Shown piece by piece: positions 62,720-64,000 of a DNA stretch of 64,000 nt; position 1 is the stretch's first letter; every line of letters begins with the position of its first letter. Source of the DNA: a virus. Its lineage: Duplodnaviria > Heunggongvirae > Uroviricota > Caudoviricetes. The stretch lies in the IMG/VR virus record IMGVR_UViG_3300020577_006835, positions 132,588 to 196,587 of that record, one strand, 5' to 3'. The notes beneath the pieces were generated by a model. It was not told the origin of the DNA and made no database searches. It saw only the letters and a program-made list of their open reading frames with translations. Both the position numbers and the translations under genes were made by a program.

Positions 62720-63421
62720 GTGAGTCAGAAGCTCACCTGTGGACGGTGCAACACAACCGACTTTCCAGCATTCGATGGGAACTGCCGGTTCTGTGCTGCA
62801 CCGTTCTCAAAGAAGGACGGTGCCGTGACGAACAACGAAAATGAAATCCGGGAGTGCAGCAACTGCTCCACGGAGATCAGCGAAGGTGAGCAGTTCTGCA
62901 CTGGGTGCGGCGAACAGATCGCTGAGGCGGCTCCGACCGTCCCGGAACCTGTGCAGCCCCACTGCTCGTTCTGCGGCCTGAACGTCACCGAGTCGACCGA
63001 GGTCTGCCCGCGTTGTGACTCGACGATCGCCCTGGGCGAAGCCGAGGACGACGACGAGGATGACGACAAGGACGACAAGGACGACGATGAGGACGGCGAA
63101 GACGGGGACGGCGAGCGCAAGATCCTGAAGGACAAGGCCGGTGCCGCGAAGGAAGAGTCAGCCCCTGAGGTTGTGCTCTCCCCGACCGACGAGGCCAGGC
63201 TCTACGTCGAACTCGCTTCGAGGCTGGACAAGAGTCAGATCGACGAGCTGGCAGCCCACATCGTGTGGGGCACTCAGCAGGAGAGCATCGAGACACCTCG
63301 CTGGCTCCCGGCTGAGTACATCGGCGACTGGGACAAGGCGGTCAACGCCGGACGCCCGAAGACGATGCTCGGTGCGATCAGCTACCTCGGTGGCGTGATC
63401 GGTTCTCGGACTGGAGCCTGA
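62720..63421 (+). CDS. double zinc-ribbon protein with acidic tract
   Basis: Six CxxC pairs; D/E-rich stretch. Confidence 0.7.
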   Translation: MSQKLTCGRCNTTDFPAFDGNCRFCAAPFSKKDGAVTNNENEIRECSNCSTEISEGEQFCTGCGEQIAEAAPTVPEPVQPHCSFCGLNVTESTEVCPRCDSTIALGEAEDDDEDDDKDDKDDDEDGEDGDGERKILKDKAGAAKEESAPEVVLSPTDEARLYVELASRLDKSQIDELAAHIVWGTQQESIETPRWLPAEYIGDWDKAVNAGRPKTMLGAISYLGGVIGSRTGA

Positions 63422-63423
63422 CC

Positions 63424-63672
63424 TTGAAGATGGCGGGCAAGGACTACGGCTGGGGAAAGGCGACCATCATCGGCGCCACGAACCAGGCCTGCGCACGGTG
63501 TGGCGAGACGATGCCGCCGAACAACGGCATCGTCGCCGCCGTGTGCCCTTCCTGTCACGAGGTCGGTGCGACAGAGCAGTTGATCCGCAAGGTGCTCTCA
63601 GGGGAGAGCGCCTTTGATGTGGTGGAAGCGGTGTGCGGAGGGCGGAATGGCCAAGAGGGACCGACAGACTGA
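63424..63672 (+). CDS. zinc-finger protein with leader-like motif
   Basis: CARCG..CPSC; TEQLIRKVLSGE. Confidence 0.55.
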   Translation: MKMAGKDYGWGKATIIGATNQACARCGETMPPNNGIVAAVCPSCHEVGATEQLIRKVLSGESAFDVVEAVCGGRNGQEGPTD

Positions 63673-64000
63673 GTCGCCCACGGTCGCTGACCGTGAAGAG
63701 CAGGCTCCTACGCTGACCGCCGAGTCCGAGGACCCGGTAGTCGACGAGACGAATGCGAGCGGCGACGAGCCGCCGGCACCTCCTGTGGAGGAGCCTCCCG
63801 CTGAGGAGCCTCCTGTTGTGGAGGAGCAGCAGGACGAGTTCTTCGAGGCTCCTCCTGTTCTGGAGGACTCTGCACCTGCGTCTCCGTACGCAATCGGCGA
63901 CATCATCCACACCAGTGTGGGCCGTGCCAAGGTGCTCTCCATCTCTGGAGACCACATGGATGTCCGCATCCTGCGCACCGGCACCTGCAAGTCGATTCGG
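63647..64000 (+). CDS. 5' part of acidic Pro/Glu-rich protein with SH3-like C-terminal part
   Basis: MAKRDRQ..EEPP..PYAIGDIIHT..KVL; runs off window. Confidence 0.6.
   Translation, partial: MAKRDRQTESPTVADREEQAPTLTAESEDPVVDETNASGDEPPAPPVEEPPAEEPPVVEEQQDEFFEAPPVLEDSAPASPYAIGDIIHTSVGRAKVLSISGDHMDVRILRTGTCKSIR

Noticed and set aside
1-64000. CRISPR array or diversity-generating retroelement
   Set aside because: No regularly spaced repeat-spacer units, no cas genes, no reverse transcriptase and no template/variable repeat pair seen.
1-64000. Stop-codon reassignment (alternative genetic code)
   Set aside because: Genes tile densely under code 11 and end at TGA, TAG or TAA with normal coupling; no suppressor tRNA is present.

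Overview
GC-rich, gene-dense 64 kb segment, almost all on the + strand, that looks like the accessory region of a large tailed (jumbo/huge-type) bacteriophage. It has about 140 mostly small, tightly overlapping ORFs, six tRNAs without encoded CCA, several HNH homing endonucleases and an intein-split RtcB. No terminase, major capsid or DNA polymerase gene is recognisable here, so the phage call is an inference. The most striking structure is a 12-14 aa motif, [R/S]-A-D-x-L-I-x-x-x-L-x-E, seen about 18-20 times. It starts many otherwise unrelated proteins and also separates domains inside polyproteins, often preceded by E-S. The attached domains resemble ADP-ribosyltransferases, GNATs, Cys-His-Asp papain/transglutaminase-like enzymes, ParB-like domains and a three-member WCT family. 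This suggests capsid-packaged, protease-released effector cargo, by analogy with the T4 capsid-targeting sequence and gp21 cleavage. Also present: about 10 copies of a TTGACA-N18-TAANNN promoter with a conserved GTGC, mostly driving leaderless mRNAs; an HU-HNH fusion; an HNH insertion that split a cargo gene; a candidate RNA-repair set; and several signal-peptide enzymes. All family calls are by motif recognition only; no database searches were run.
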